From Leptolyngbyaceae cyanobacterium (GTDB lineage: Bacteria; Cyanobacteriota; Cyanobacteriia; Phormidesmidales; Phormidesmidaceae), in contig CBDHHL010000011.1 of the NCBI GenBank assembly GCA_965263355.1, positions 1 to 64,000 of the forward strand: a DNA stretch of 64,000 nt. The letters are read 5' to 3'. A program made the position numbers and the translations under genes. Positions 1-8,041 of the stretch are shown here, one piece after another. A model generated the notes under the pieces. That model searched no databases. It was not told where the DNA came from and was given only the letters and a program-made list of their open reading frames with translations. Position 1 is the stretch's first letter. Each line of letters begins with the position of its first letter.

Positions 1-1537
1 CAGACTCGTTAAAAATATTTGTTCCCGCCTGAATAGCTTTAGCGGTCGCATCAATATTAGTAAAGCCGGTTCCTTCTAATGCGGCTACAACACCAGCAAC
101 ATTGTCCCCAACCTCAGTCACCTCACCGCCTAATTCGACCATTCGAGTGGCGATGCGGGCCACCTCTTCAGGCGTTTTGCTGGTTTCAATCCCTAATCGT
201 CTAGACTCCTCAGTGACCGCCGCGATCGCTTCTTCAGCTCCACCCGCACGAGCGCTAAACGTAACTAATGCCTGCTCAAAGCCAACTGCATTTTGAACAG
301 TTGAAAGCCCTGCTCTGATGCCCCCTCCAATGGCGTTAGCTAGAGTATCAAAAACTCTTTGACCAATCCCCTGGAAAATTCCTTGAACAATTCCGCTACT
401 ATTCCGGATGCCACTAAGATCTAGATTGGGCGATATTGTGGGAGAACTTAATTGCCTTAGTTCCCTGTTAATTTGCCGTAATGCCTGCCTAGCATTCCCG
501 CCCCCTAATGCCTCTAACCGTCTATCGAGAGTGCGAATCTGCTCTGTCGCGTTATCAGCATCGACATTCAATCGAACTCGTTTATCGTCAAGCGTACCGA
601 GCTGAGTCTGAATCTGCCTAATGCGTGGTTCAGCTTGGCGTGTATCAGCCTCTAGCCGAAGTCGTCGTGATTGAATTCTGCCGATCCTATCTTCTATCTG
701 CAGAATTTGATTCTGTAACGTGCTATCGGTTTCTAGCTTAATTCGCTCGTTGCTTAATTGCTGGATTCGCTGATCCAACAAATTGAGTGCTTGATTGCTG
801 GTGGAGGGGTTTAGCTCTAAATTTATTCGAGTATTTCTAAGCCGTTCTATCGTTTGCTCGATAGTATTTATTTCTTCAGTGCGAGCATCAATCCTTAGCT
901 GGATATCAGAACGATTACGCTGAAGTTCAGTAACTTGAGCGTCTAAATTCCGAATTGTTGCTTCAGCCGCTCTAGAATTTGCTCGAATCTGAATCTCTTT
1001 GTCACGCAGTTGTTGAATTCTGGCATCAACCGCCGCAATCTGATTTTGAATATTTCGAGCATTAACTTCTAGGTTGATCCTCTCACGATTCAATCCATCA
1101 ACAGCCTGTTGAACCGTTGCAAACCCACGCCTTAACTCCTGAACATTACGCTGGGCAGCATTCGTATTGACAGTTACTGGAATATTTGATTGGGCTCTTA
1201 GCTGAGTCAGTGACTGAGCGATCGCGTCAGCTTGAGCAGCACTGCGCCCAAAGTCAACACTTGCCTGAGTTCTGTTGATAGCTTCTAACTGTTGTCTAAG
1301 CTGGGTTATCTCTCTCGTAATTGAATCGTCAAGGTTAACATCCAGCCGAACATTATCAGCATTACTAAGCTGCTGTCTAATGTCGCTAATGCCACGAATA
1401 ACAGTCTCATCATTCAGCCTGACATCAATAGCAAGGTCATCAACCCGGTTGAACCGTGTCCGCAAGTCAGCGATCGCAGCCGTAATACTCGACTCCGAAA
1501 ATTCAACTGCGAATTCAACCGAACCAGCTTGAACCAC
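1..1537 (-). CDS. Tail tape measure protein, N-terminal part (runs off left edge)
   Basis: GTG at 1537 overlaps the upstream TAG; reads MVQAGSVEFAVEFSESSITAAIADLRTRF..., long helical Q/R/I/L-rich frame, directly after the tail chaperone. Confidence 0.85.
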   Translation of the reverse strand, partial: MVQAGSVEFAVEFSESSITAAIADLRTRFNRVDDLAIDVRLNDETVIRGISDIRQQLSNADNVRLDVNLDDSITREITQLRQQLEAINRTQASVDFGRSAAQADAIAQSLTQLRAQSNIPVTVNTNAAQRNVQELRRGFATVQQAVDGLNRERINLEVNARNIQNQIAAVDARIQQLRDKEIQIRANSRAAEATIRNLDAQVTELQRNRSDIQLRIDARTEEINTIEQTIERLRNTRINLELNPSTSNQALNLLDQRIQQLSNERIKLETDSTLQNQILQIEDRIGRIQSRRLRLEADTRQAEPRIRQIQTQLGTLDDKRVRLNVDADNATEQIRTLDRRLEALGGGNARQALRQINRELRQLSSPTISPNLDLSGIRNSSGIVQGIFQGIGQRVFDTLANAIGGGIRAGLSTVQNAVGFEQALVTFSARAGGAEEAIAAVTEESRRLGIETSKTPEEVARIATRMVELGGEVTEVGDNVAGVVAALEGTGFTNIDATAKAIQAGTNIFNES

Positions 1538-1959
1538 TATTCAACCTTTCCTGCTAATAACGTCATATCGCGTTCAGACATAATCGCCCTCGCCCAATCT
1601 GGCACTCGGTTTTTCTTCAGCAACTTCACATAGATTTTTGCGGCCTCAGGGGGGATAGTCTTAGCAAGCTCATTCCTGCGCTGGGTTAATCCCCAACGAT
1701 TAAAATCAGTCGCGCTGGCGTCTTCAGCGTTCTTGAAATTCGCCCGTGCGATCAATGCCGCAACCTCACTAGTCGCGGTGGCTTCCTCAGCTAGCTCGGC
1801 TATGCGGTCATCGCGCCAGACTCTGGCGGCATCCAAGGCGAGTTTTGACGGACAGTTTCTAAACTGGGTAGGTCTGAAATATTCGCAGCCTGGATACCAG
1901 CGCTGTAGTTGCCAGCAGAGTTTTCCCCAGTCGATTGGCTCTGATTTTCGTCGTTTCCC
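1537..1959 (-). CDS. Tail assembly chaperone, -1 frameshift extension (gpT-like part)
   Basis: The -1 frame opens just after a TGA at the GGGAAAC heptamer (1953-1959) and reads GKRRKSEPIDWGKLCWQLQRWYPG...LDAARVWRDD... to TAG at 1537. Confidence 0.8.
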   Translation of the reverse strand, partial: GKRRKSEPIDWGKLCWQLQRWYPGCEYFRPTQFRNCPSKLALDAARVWRDDRIAELAEEATATSEVAALIARANFKNAEDASATDFNRWGLTQRRNELAKTIPPEAAKIYVKLLKKNRVPDWARAIMSERDMTLLAGKVE

Positions 1960-2303
1960 AACTCAGTTTCAGGATCGTAAATATACTCAGTTGGATTTAT
2001 TCGCTTCCCTGGTAAGCCATAGATAAATAAGCTAAACAAAGCTTCAGCCAATGGCCTGGGAGTATTTGCAATAATCTTTTCAGTAGGGACATCATCGCCA
2101 AGTACGCCACGATGCTTAAGGCAAAACGCAACTAACAGGTCCATCAATCGCTTATCGCTAATCTCTTCGTTATCCCTAAGACTCTGGAAATATTCTTCCT
2201 CTGCCACTAATAAGGACGGATAAACCGGAACAGTGACCGGGGGCATCCCAGGCACCCGAATCACGCGATCTACTGATTTAATTTCCCATAAGGTCTGAGT
2301 CAC
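1800..2303 (-). CDS. Tail assembly chaperone (gpG-like)
   Basis: Lies between tail tube and tape measure; contains in-frame G GGA AAC slippery site. Confidence 0.8.
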   Translation of the reverse strand: MTQTLWEIKSVDRVIRVPGMPPVTVPVYPSLLVAEEEYFQSLRDNEEISDKRLMDLLVAFCLKHRGVLGDDVPTEKIIANTPRPLAEALFSLFIYGLPGKRINPTEYIYDPETELGNDENQSQSTGENSAGNYSAGIQAANISDLPSLETVRQNSPWMPPESGAMTA

Positions 2304-2535
2304 AACGAATAACCTCCAAGTCTAAGTATGTATAAATTGCTTCTAAGTCACTCGGCATCACAACAACAATTTCAGTATTGTTCTGCCGATACGGTTCAAC
2401 CAGTAACGCCTCTTGCCCTGCAAAACCAGCACACATTTTAGGTTTAGTAAAGCTAAGTAATGCCCTTAGCCTTGACCCCTCAACTGTGCAGCCAAGCATG
2501 AAAATATGCTGGTTTTGCAAGGCTTCAATCTTCAC
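2278..2535 (-). CDS. Hypothetical protein in tail operon
   Basis: 85 aa ORF overlapping both neighbours. Confidence 0.6.
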   Translation of the reverse strand: MKIEALQNQHIFMLGCTVEGSRLRALLSFTKPKMCAGFAGQEALLVEPYRQNNTEIVVVMPSDLEAIYTYLDLEVIRCDSDLMGN

Positions 2536-3245
2536 TAAGCAGCAGCCTCAAGTTCGGTCACAGCGCCAGAGAACGTGCCATTAAGAGACAGTGCCAACTT
2601 GTTTCCGTTCTGACCGTCCTTAGAACCATCCGACATTCGAGCAACACCAAACGATAACGGTGGGGTAGTAAAGGTCACAGCATCAGGGTTCGGGTCTTGA
2701 ACTTCAAGGTAAACATCGTTCTCAGCATTCACGGCATAGCGTAAAATCCGTTGGCCGCTGGAATACTCAGATAAGTTAGCCGCGATCGTGAAAGTTCTAG
2801 TCGTATCCTGACGGGAAGATTCACCAGAACCAATGTGTTGATAGGTTGACACATTATTCAGCGTGGTCTGGACCCCCAGGTTATGAGAAGTGATTAGATC
2901 GACTTCACCGGGCCAGTTGGCAACTGCCCCGTTGGGGATATCTTCATTGGCAGTCAGTTCAATATTGCTCCCATCGTTGCTGTCAGTTGTGACAATGGCC
3001 ATATAAGATCCAGCTGCATCGACGAACCGCAACACTGTTCCCGCGATAATCGGCACTGTAGGAGCAGCGCTTGCGGTCATCGTTGATGCAGTTCCGGTGG
3101 TTGTGGCCGTGAACGCAGCACCCAATGTTAAAGTGATCGGCGCAATCCGACTGGGCACGCTCGTATTATTTGTTACTAAAGCTGCAAAGATTTTTGTCTC
3201 CCGTGAGTCGGGCATTAATAGCGGATTATTACCGGCACCTGGCAT
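2535..3245 (-). CDS. Major tail (tube) protein
   Basis: 236 aa, T/A/G/S-rich, ends ...LSLNGTFSGAVTEL; sits between terminator and chaperone. Confidence 0.7.
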   Translation of the reverse strand: MPGAGNNPLLMPDSRETKIFAALVTNNTSVPSRIAPITLTLGAAFTATTTGTASTMTASAAPTVPIIAGTVLRFVDAAGSYMAIVTTDSNDGSNIELTANEDIPNGAVANWPGEVDLITSHNLGVQTTLNNVSTYQHIGSGESSRQDTTRTFTIAANLSEYSSGQRILRYAVNAENDVYLEVQDPNPDAVTFTTPPLSFGVARMSDGSKDGQNGNKLALSLNGTFSGAVTELEAAA

Positions 3246-3250
3246 CGTGA

Positions 3251-3697
3251 TTAACTCCTAATTTGATGGACAATTCGAAAACTCTCAGACTCAATCGTGT
3301 CGAGTCTTGAATCCCTTGGCGTCTTAACCGACACTCCAGCTTGAAACAGATAGCCCATGCCACTAATCAACGCAGCAGCAGCAGCCGCTACCGTGCCCGC
3401 TTCGTCCCACTGTTTCAGCGTGATAGTAGTCGTATATTCCAAGCCAAGCTGTTGAGAATAAAACTGCGTAAGCGTCGCTTGCTGCTGAGGCGTAATAACA
3501 ACCTCCAAGCCTTCTAAACTCTTAGGCTGTCTCTGCCATTGAATGCCGCCAACATCCTGGGTCTTGCCGTAGTCCAACACTAAAGACGGCAATGTCTGAG
3601 TACCCGTAGCTGTGACATACGTTCGAGTTCCCAGATAGGGAGTCATTAGGGTCTGAACTTGGTCTCTAATCTGGGCAATGCTAATAACGGGCATCAA
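3251..3697 (-). CDS. Tail terminator/completion protein
   Basis: 148 aa; position immediately upstream of tail tube gene. Confidence 0.55.
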   Translation of the reverse strand: MMPVISIAQIRDQVQTLMTPYLGTRTYVTATGTQTLPSLVLDYGKTQDVGGIQWQRQPKSLEGLEVVITPQQQATLTQFYSQQLGLEYTTTITLKQWDEAGTVAAAAAALISGMGYLFQAGVSVKTPRDSRLDTIESESFRIVHQIRS

Positions 3698-4086
3698 AAC
3701 ACCTCCCGTAATTGCTGGGCCAGGACAGCAGCCAAGTCATATTGTTCTACTGTCTGTAATACTGGATTGCGAGCGGGATACGTTGAGCCGCTACGAGTCG
3801 TGAACCCGTTAAATACAAATACTGAATGTTGAGCAGTCCATTCAAATAAAATAGTCAATTGGGAAGGAAAACTATATTGCTGCGAGTCCCTAAATTCTCC
3901 CAAGTCCACAATATTTCTAGGGCTAAAAACTTCCTCGCCAGACTTCCGCTTAGTGAACCCTGGCCATGGATATAACGGTTGCTCAATCGATTCAGTTAGC
4001 AACCTATCCATATCTACAGCAAAATTTCGTAGCCCCCTATCAAGGCCACGATTAAACGCTGTTCTGTCAAAATTTAGGACTGCCAT
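3694..4086 (-). CDS. HK97 gp10-like neck protein
   Basis: PRNIVDLGEFRDS resembles VDTGxLRxS; also VFNG...YPARNP; position fits. Confidence 0.7.
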   Translation of the reverse strand: MAVLNFDRTAFNRGLDRGLRNFAVDMDRLLTESIEQPLYPWPGFTKRKSGEEVFSPRNIVDLGEFRDSQQYSFPSQLTILFEWTAQHSVFVFNGFTTRSGSTYPARNPVLQTVEQYDLAAVLAQQLREVF

Positions 4087-4150
4087 AATTGCAGCCTACA
4101 GTCATTTTTGGCAATATGTTAAAATTTCCAAGATACTTGGAAAACGTTGC

Positions 4151-4483
4151 ATGCCTGGAGAAATAAGAGCTGGCGGTTTATCTGAAGAAACTTTGAAGCG
4201 GTTTTCAGAATTAAAAGATTACTTTGGGGTCAATACTCAGACCGGGACCATGGATCTTATGGTCAATATCTTGCATCTTCATTTATTAGGCAGCAGTCGT
4301 GTAGCGTTGTTTAGAAAAGCTGCCAAGTTAGTTAGTGCCAATGAGCGATTAAACCGGGAGTTGCAGCCTAGTGAAGTGCAACGGGTTTCTATTCAAAAAG
4401 GTTTAGTGCTTGTGTGGGCTAGGCATCAAGGCGAGCCGTATAAAATCTCTGAGGAAGTTTGGGAGCAAGGAATAAATGATTAA
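4151..4483 (+). CDS. Hypothetical protein, possibly DNA-binding (moron inside neck module)
   Basis: Likely ATG at 4151 (MPGEIRAGG); opposite strand to flanking structural genes. Confidence 0.5.
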   Translation: MPGEIRAGGLSEETLKRFSELKDYFGVNTQTGTMDLMVNILHLHLLGSSRVALFRKAAKLVSANERLNRELQPSEVQRVSIQKGLVLVWARHQGEPYKISEEVWEQGIND

Positions 4484-4886
4484 ATTAAGTACCTCAAAAA
4501 TTAGTACATTAAAAATCCCATTAAATATCTGTGCAGGCCCGGAAACAATAGTCGATGGGAAAAATGTTCAATTTTATATTAACGGGGTTAGACTCCCTTT
4601 CTTGACAGGGTGGGGGCTTTATTCGACATATGGAATGTACCGATGTATAACCGGAATCTTTAATGGCGGCGCTGATCACTGTGAGCTGGACACCGACCCA
4701 ACCATTTTACTACCGAGCTATGAGATTCGGCTGGCTACTAACTATGGTCCATCTGGAGTGATGAGAGAGCTTGGTCAATGCGAGGGAGATCATTTGGTGA
4801 TGACGTTTGAATCTTTAACATTTGCTAGCCGATTCGCTAGCGACCCTCTACGTGAACTAGGCCAAGAAATTTGTATGCTTAGCTAG
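4476..4886 (+). CDS. Hypothetical protein (moron)
   Basis: 136 aa ORF overlapping the previous stop. Confidence 0.55.
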   Translation: MIKLSTSKISTLKIPLNICAGPETIVDGKNVQFYINGVRLPFLTGWGLYSTYGMYRCITGIFNGGADHCELDTDPTILLPSYEIRLATNYGPSGVMRELGQCEGDHLVMTFESLTFASRFASDPLRELGQEICMLS

Positions 4887-5283
4887 CCGTCCATCTTGCA
4901 ATAAACCGTTCGCCAATGTCAGGCGCTGCATCAACGATCTCAAACGGTTGAATGAGCACTTCAACTTTGCCACTAATCCCGTTTAATTCCATCGTCCCAG
5001 TCGGTGGTTCAGGCCATCCCCTAAGATTATGGGGAAATAAATATTCAGTTGGCGCAGCTTCAGTGCCGCACCAACCAAACAACATCACACTATTATTATT
5101 AGTGCCTTCAAACGCAGCAGTGTTGAACTGACTTGCTCTATTTTGAGTCGCTACTTTAACCCGGCATGGCACCGTGACAGCGGTTAAGCCGTCAGCGGAG
5201 CCACCCTCAAAATCATCAGTTATACCGGTGGGCAGTTGGAAAACTATAGCGGTTGGGGTTAAGCCGAAGTTAGTGATTGCCAT
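4879..5283 (-). CDS. Head closure / head-tail adaptor-like protein
   Basis: 134 aa beta-rich (TVPCRV); upstream of the gp10-like gene on the same strand. Confidence 0.5.
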   Translation of the reverse strand: MAITNFGLTPTAIVFQLPTGITDDFEGGSADGLTAVTVPCRVKVATQNRASQFNTAAFEGTNNNSVMLFGWCGTEAAPTEYLFPHNLRGWPEPPTGTMELNGISGKVEVLIQPFEIVDAAPDIGERFIARWTAS

Positions 5284-5789
5284 TATCGATTCTTGGCGAC
5301 AATATCAACACCTCCAAACATGCCAGACTTAACCACAGTTTGACCAGCTTGCGTTTTGAAAACTACCAGCGATGTGCAATTACAAGTTTTATCAGAAATG
5401 TTTTTAAGATTCAAAACCATTTCTGACAACTGCAAGTCACTTTGAGCAAATAATGCAGCAGTGCCAGTAATCGAAACCACTGGGCGCACTGTATCAACCC
5501 GGATATCCTTGATGGCAAGACCGTTAGGATCAACAGCTGCAACTGTTTCTCTAAGGGATTGAATCTCAGCAGCGTCAAAACCTTTTTTGTCTTGTTCCTG
5601 TTTAGCAGCTTCAACCTTAGCCGCTATCTCTGCTTGATACTGTTCAGGATTTGCCTGACGTTCTAACCAAGCTTGATGGATTTTTTCTCGTCTAGCGTCT
5701 GCCTGGACTTTTTGTGTGACTACGGTGCCTACAGTTAAGCCAATAGCACCGACTGTGCAAGCGATCGCAATTAAAGCATTCTTATTCAC
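5283..5789 (-). CDS. Membrane-anchored hypothetical protein
   Basis: N-terminal hydrophobic helix then coiled coil; SD-like AAGGAG upstream. Confidence 0.7.
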   Translation of the reverse strand: MNKNALIAIACTVGAIGLTVGTVVTQKVQADARREKIHQAWLERQANPEQYQAEIAAKVEAAKQEQDKKGFDAAEIQSLRETVAAVDPNGLAIKDIRVDTVRPVVSITGTAALFAQSDLQLSEMVLNLKNISDKTCNCTSLVVFKTQAGQTVVKSGMFGGVDIVAKNR

Positions 5790-5820
5790 TTCCTTTATCT
5801 CCTTAAAAAATTAATCAAAA

Positions 5821-6261
5821 CTACCGCACACCGCCTTCTATCTCACTAGTGCTAGTGCCAGGAACCACATTAAACGTAATATCCGTCCTGCGGTTCCCGC
5901 GCTCATATGTTACTGCGGGCAATGAGACTTGACGCCCATCTTGATACTGTAAATAAGGCACTACGCGATCGCCTGGTTCAGCAGCCCTTGAAAAATTAAC
6001 CGTCCCAGTAGCTGTCCAATTGGTTCTGTTAATACGACGGACTTGGAAGGTGGCTTTAGGCGATTCTGTGGCAACTTCCACTGCGGGTAGTTCAGGTGAT
6101 CGTCTGGCCGCGATCGTTACTGGCTGCTCAGATGCTGGACACATATGGGACAGGTCGGTGATTGAACCGTCTTCAGTCATGCTGTAGCAGACGGGTAACG
6201 CGTTGGCCGTGGTGGCCATAAAAAGGTTAAAAGCGATCGCTGCTGTGATTAGTTTTTTCAT
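5821..6261 (-). CDS. Secreted hypothetical protein
   Basis: Signal peptide MKKLITAAIAF...ANA; CYSMTEDGSITDLSHMC motif of a type I associate with cyanobacterial exported proteins. Confidence 0.7.
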   Translation of the reverse strand: MKKLITAAIAFNLFMATTANALPVCYSMTEDGSITDLSHMCPASEQPVTIAARRSPELPAVEVATESPKATFQVRRINRTNWTATGTVNFSRAAEPGDRVVPYLQYQDGRQVSLPAVTYERGNRRTDITFNVVPGTSTSEIEGGVR

Positions 6262-6311
6262 TTTTCTTTTCAGTGTAATGTAATTATTTTTACAGTTGAA
6301 ATTGTTTGAAA

Positions 6312-6500
6312 TCAGGGGAGCCCGAACGTTTTCTCTGTTTTGATTAATTCGCCTGAATGATCAAAGGTTCTTTTGATGGTGTAATGACCATGATTCGTTT
6401 CGACGACTTGCAAACCACCTTTGATGTATTCAAAAGTATTTGAATCTTCATACCAATCCATTGCTAACAGCCTCGCGGTTGTTTCCTCGACAACCTGCAA
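6312..6500 (-). CDS. Hypothetical protein, start uncertain
   Basis: Frame is open back to ~6657 but the first canonical start is TTG at 6500. Confidence 0.4.
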   Translation of the reverse strand: MQVVEETTARLLAMDWYEDSNTFEYIKGGLQVVETNHGHYTIKRTFDHSGELIKTEKTFGLP

Positions 6501-6642
6501 TCCGTATTCACTCAGAACGACCTTAGCCCGCCAAAGTTGATCCGGCTCAGTCAGAAACCATAAGCCTCCAACATCAACGCCGCACTCAAAACCTCTTTGC
6601 TTTAGCTGGTCTAAAGCGGCGCGATCGTTGGCGACTTGAAAA

Positions 6643-6828
6643 TTATTGAGGCACCGTTAATGCTGCCCAATGAGTTATTCCCATTCCAACCAGCGCTCTC
6701 ATTGTATTGGCATCTTCCCAGACCCCATCAATGTAGCTGGCAACAAAGTAACCATGGTCAGGCGAATATACTAATACTGGCGCCCATTCATCGGGCTTGT
6801 GGTCGTCGTCAACACTAATCCAATTCAT
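6643..6828 (-). CDS. DUF551-like protein
   Basis: MNWISV...P...VLV...ITHW pattern; AAGGAG SD upstream. Confidence 0.75.
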   Translation of the reverse strand: MNWISVDDDHKPDEWAPVLVYSPDHGYFVASYIDGVWEDANTMRALVGMGITHWAALTVPQ

Positions 6829-6862
6829 GATTTTTTCTCCTTTCTCCTTTTTTGAAAACAAA

Positions 6863-6928
6863 CTACATTAAGGCTACATTTGCTGTGAAGAGAAGCAAAA
6901 GGTAGCCAATGATGAAGAGATTATCCAT
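6863..6928 (-). CDS. 21-aa hydrophobic peptide
   Basis: MDNLFIIGYLLLLFTANVALM*, preceded by GAGGA. Confidence 0.45.
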   Translation of the reverse strand: MDNLFIIGYLLLLFTANVALM

Positions 6929-6949
6929 TGGTTTATCCTCAAAGATTCT

Positions 6950-7340
6950 AGGCGGCATTGATAAGGCTCAACACCGCTAAAGCCCTTGCTGATTACATCT
7001 CAGCTCGCCAGGATGACACGCGATTGTATAGCTCGGTGTGCCCGCTAATGGGTTCCCAGTTCGCCCTAACATGTGTCGCCTATTGCGCCGAAGCGCTCAA
7101 CGGGTATGCTTTGGGCTTGCTGTTCTTTTAGTTAGTCATTTTGTTTGTCCTCCCACCTTCGGCTTCTTTCGAACTTTACGACCGACACCGTCGTTTGGTG
7201 TGGTACCGCGATGAGTAGGCGGTTACTTCCGCTATATCAGGGTAAAAACCCGTCGTTTATCTTGACTAACCCCAAGAGTTAAAATGCGTATCTCCCCTCG
7301 TCAGTGGCTTTGACTGCGGGGTTGCATCCCGTCTCTCACA
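6950..7340 (-). ncRNA. Putative large structured RNA / leader
   Basis: No long ORF; about 10 helices including C(UUCG)G and GAAA tetraloops and long-range pairings; upstream TTGACA-17-TATCTT promoter. Confidence 0.6.
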
Positions 7341-7345
7341 TTTCT

Positions 7346-7388
7346 AAGATAGCGAATCTCTTTTTAGATGTCAAGTGTTTTCTTGACA
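7346..7388 (-). promoter_or_regulatory. Sigma70-type promoter with palindromic operator (site A)
   Basis: TTGACA-17-TATCTT on minus strand; TGTCAAG-N6-CTTGACA at 7369-7388. Confidence 0.7.
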
Positions 7389-7393
7389 AAAAA

Positions 7394-7888
7394 TCAGGCT
7401 AATAAATCCATCCTATAATTTTCGGCTTCCCTCACAAAGTACGATAGTCCATGGCGTAAACAAAAAGAATAAGCAACGTCAGCAGCCATATCATTTAGCA
7501 TGATGTCTCTTCCACCCCAACGGATTGAATATCCTTTCTTATTTTTCTTCAGCTGGTAGCCACTTACAAGATCTCTATTTTTCTTAAGCCCAGTCACAAG
7601 GACTAGGTACTCACATACAAATTCGTGCCATGTTTTTTCTTGTGCCGAATTGACAGACAGTAGGCTTTCTATGGCTTGCTGCCTTTTTGATTTCGGCTTG
7701 ATGGTTGTTTCCTCCACTGAAACTATTGCTCCATACTTAGCCGCGATCTCCATGGCTTCTTTTTGGTCTTTAGCTTGGATAAGCTCTTGCGCATAGAAAA
7801 GATTTTCGGATTCTTCCCACGATCTATCGCCCACTAGACCAAGTTTCCTAGGCGGAATTTGTGTTTTGACCTTAAATACTTTTGCCAT
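7394..7888 (-). CDS. Hypothetical protein
   Basis: 164 aa with own promoter and GAGG SD. Confidence 0.75.
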   Translation of the reverse strand: MAKVFKVKTQIPPRKLGLVGDRSWEESENLFYAQELIQAKDQKEAMEIAAKYGAIVSVEETTIKPKSKRQQAIESLLSVNSAQEKTWHEFVCEYLVLVTGLKKNRDLVSGYQLKKNKKGYSIRWGGRDIMLNDMAADVAYSFCLRHGLSYFVREAENYRMDLLA

Positions 7889-7912
7889 TGCTCGACCTCA
7901 ATTACACTTCAA

Positions 7913-7955
7913 ATGCTAAACGATAGCTTTTCAGGTGTCAAGTAATTTATTGACA
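7913..7955 (-). promoter_or_regulatory. Promoter/operator site B
   Basis: TTGACA-17-TAGCAT on minus strand; TGTCAAG-TAATTT-ATTGACA at 7936-7955. Confidence 0.7.
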
Positions 7956-7979
7956 AAAAAGAACCCCGCTAACCGGGGC
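7955..7979 (-). terminator. Intrinsic terminator after iscB
   Basis: Minus strand CCCCG-GTTAG-CGGGG followed by TTCTTTTTT. Confidence 0.65.
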
Positions 7980-8041
7980 TTGTAGCAGTTCAGTAATTTC
8001 TAAACATATCTGGTCATAGCTTCCTTATTTGGGTATATTTT

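Noticed and set aside
102..2026. Plus-strand ORFs in the track
   Set aside because: Antisense shadows of the tape measure and chaperone genes
7270..7305. Hammerhead ribozyme (CUGACGAG on minus strand)
   Set aside because: No stem II followed by GAAA in the required position
6950..7340. tRNA or tmRNA
   Set aside because: No T-loop/acceptor-stem pattern or CCA end found
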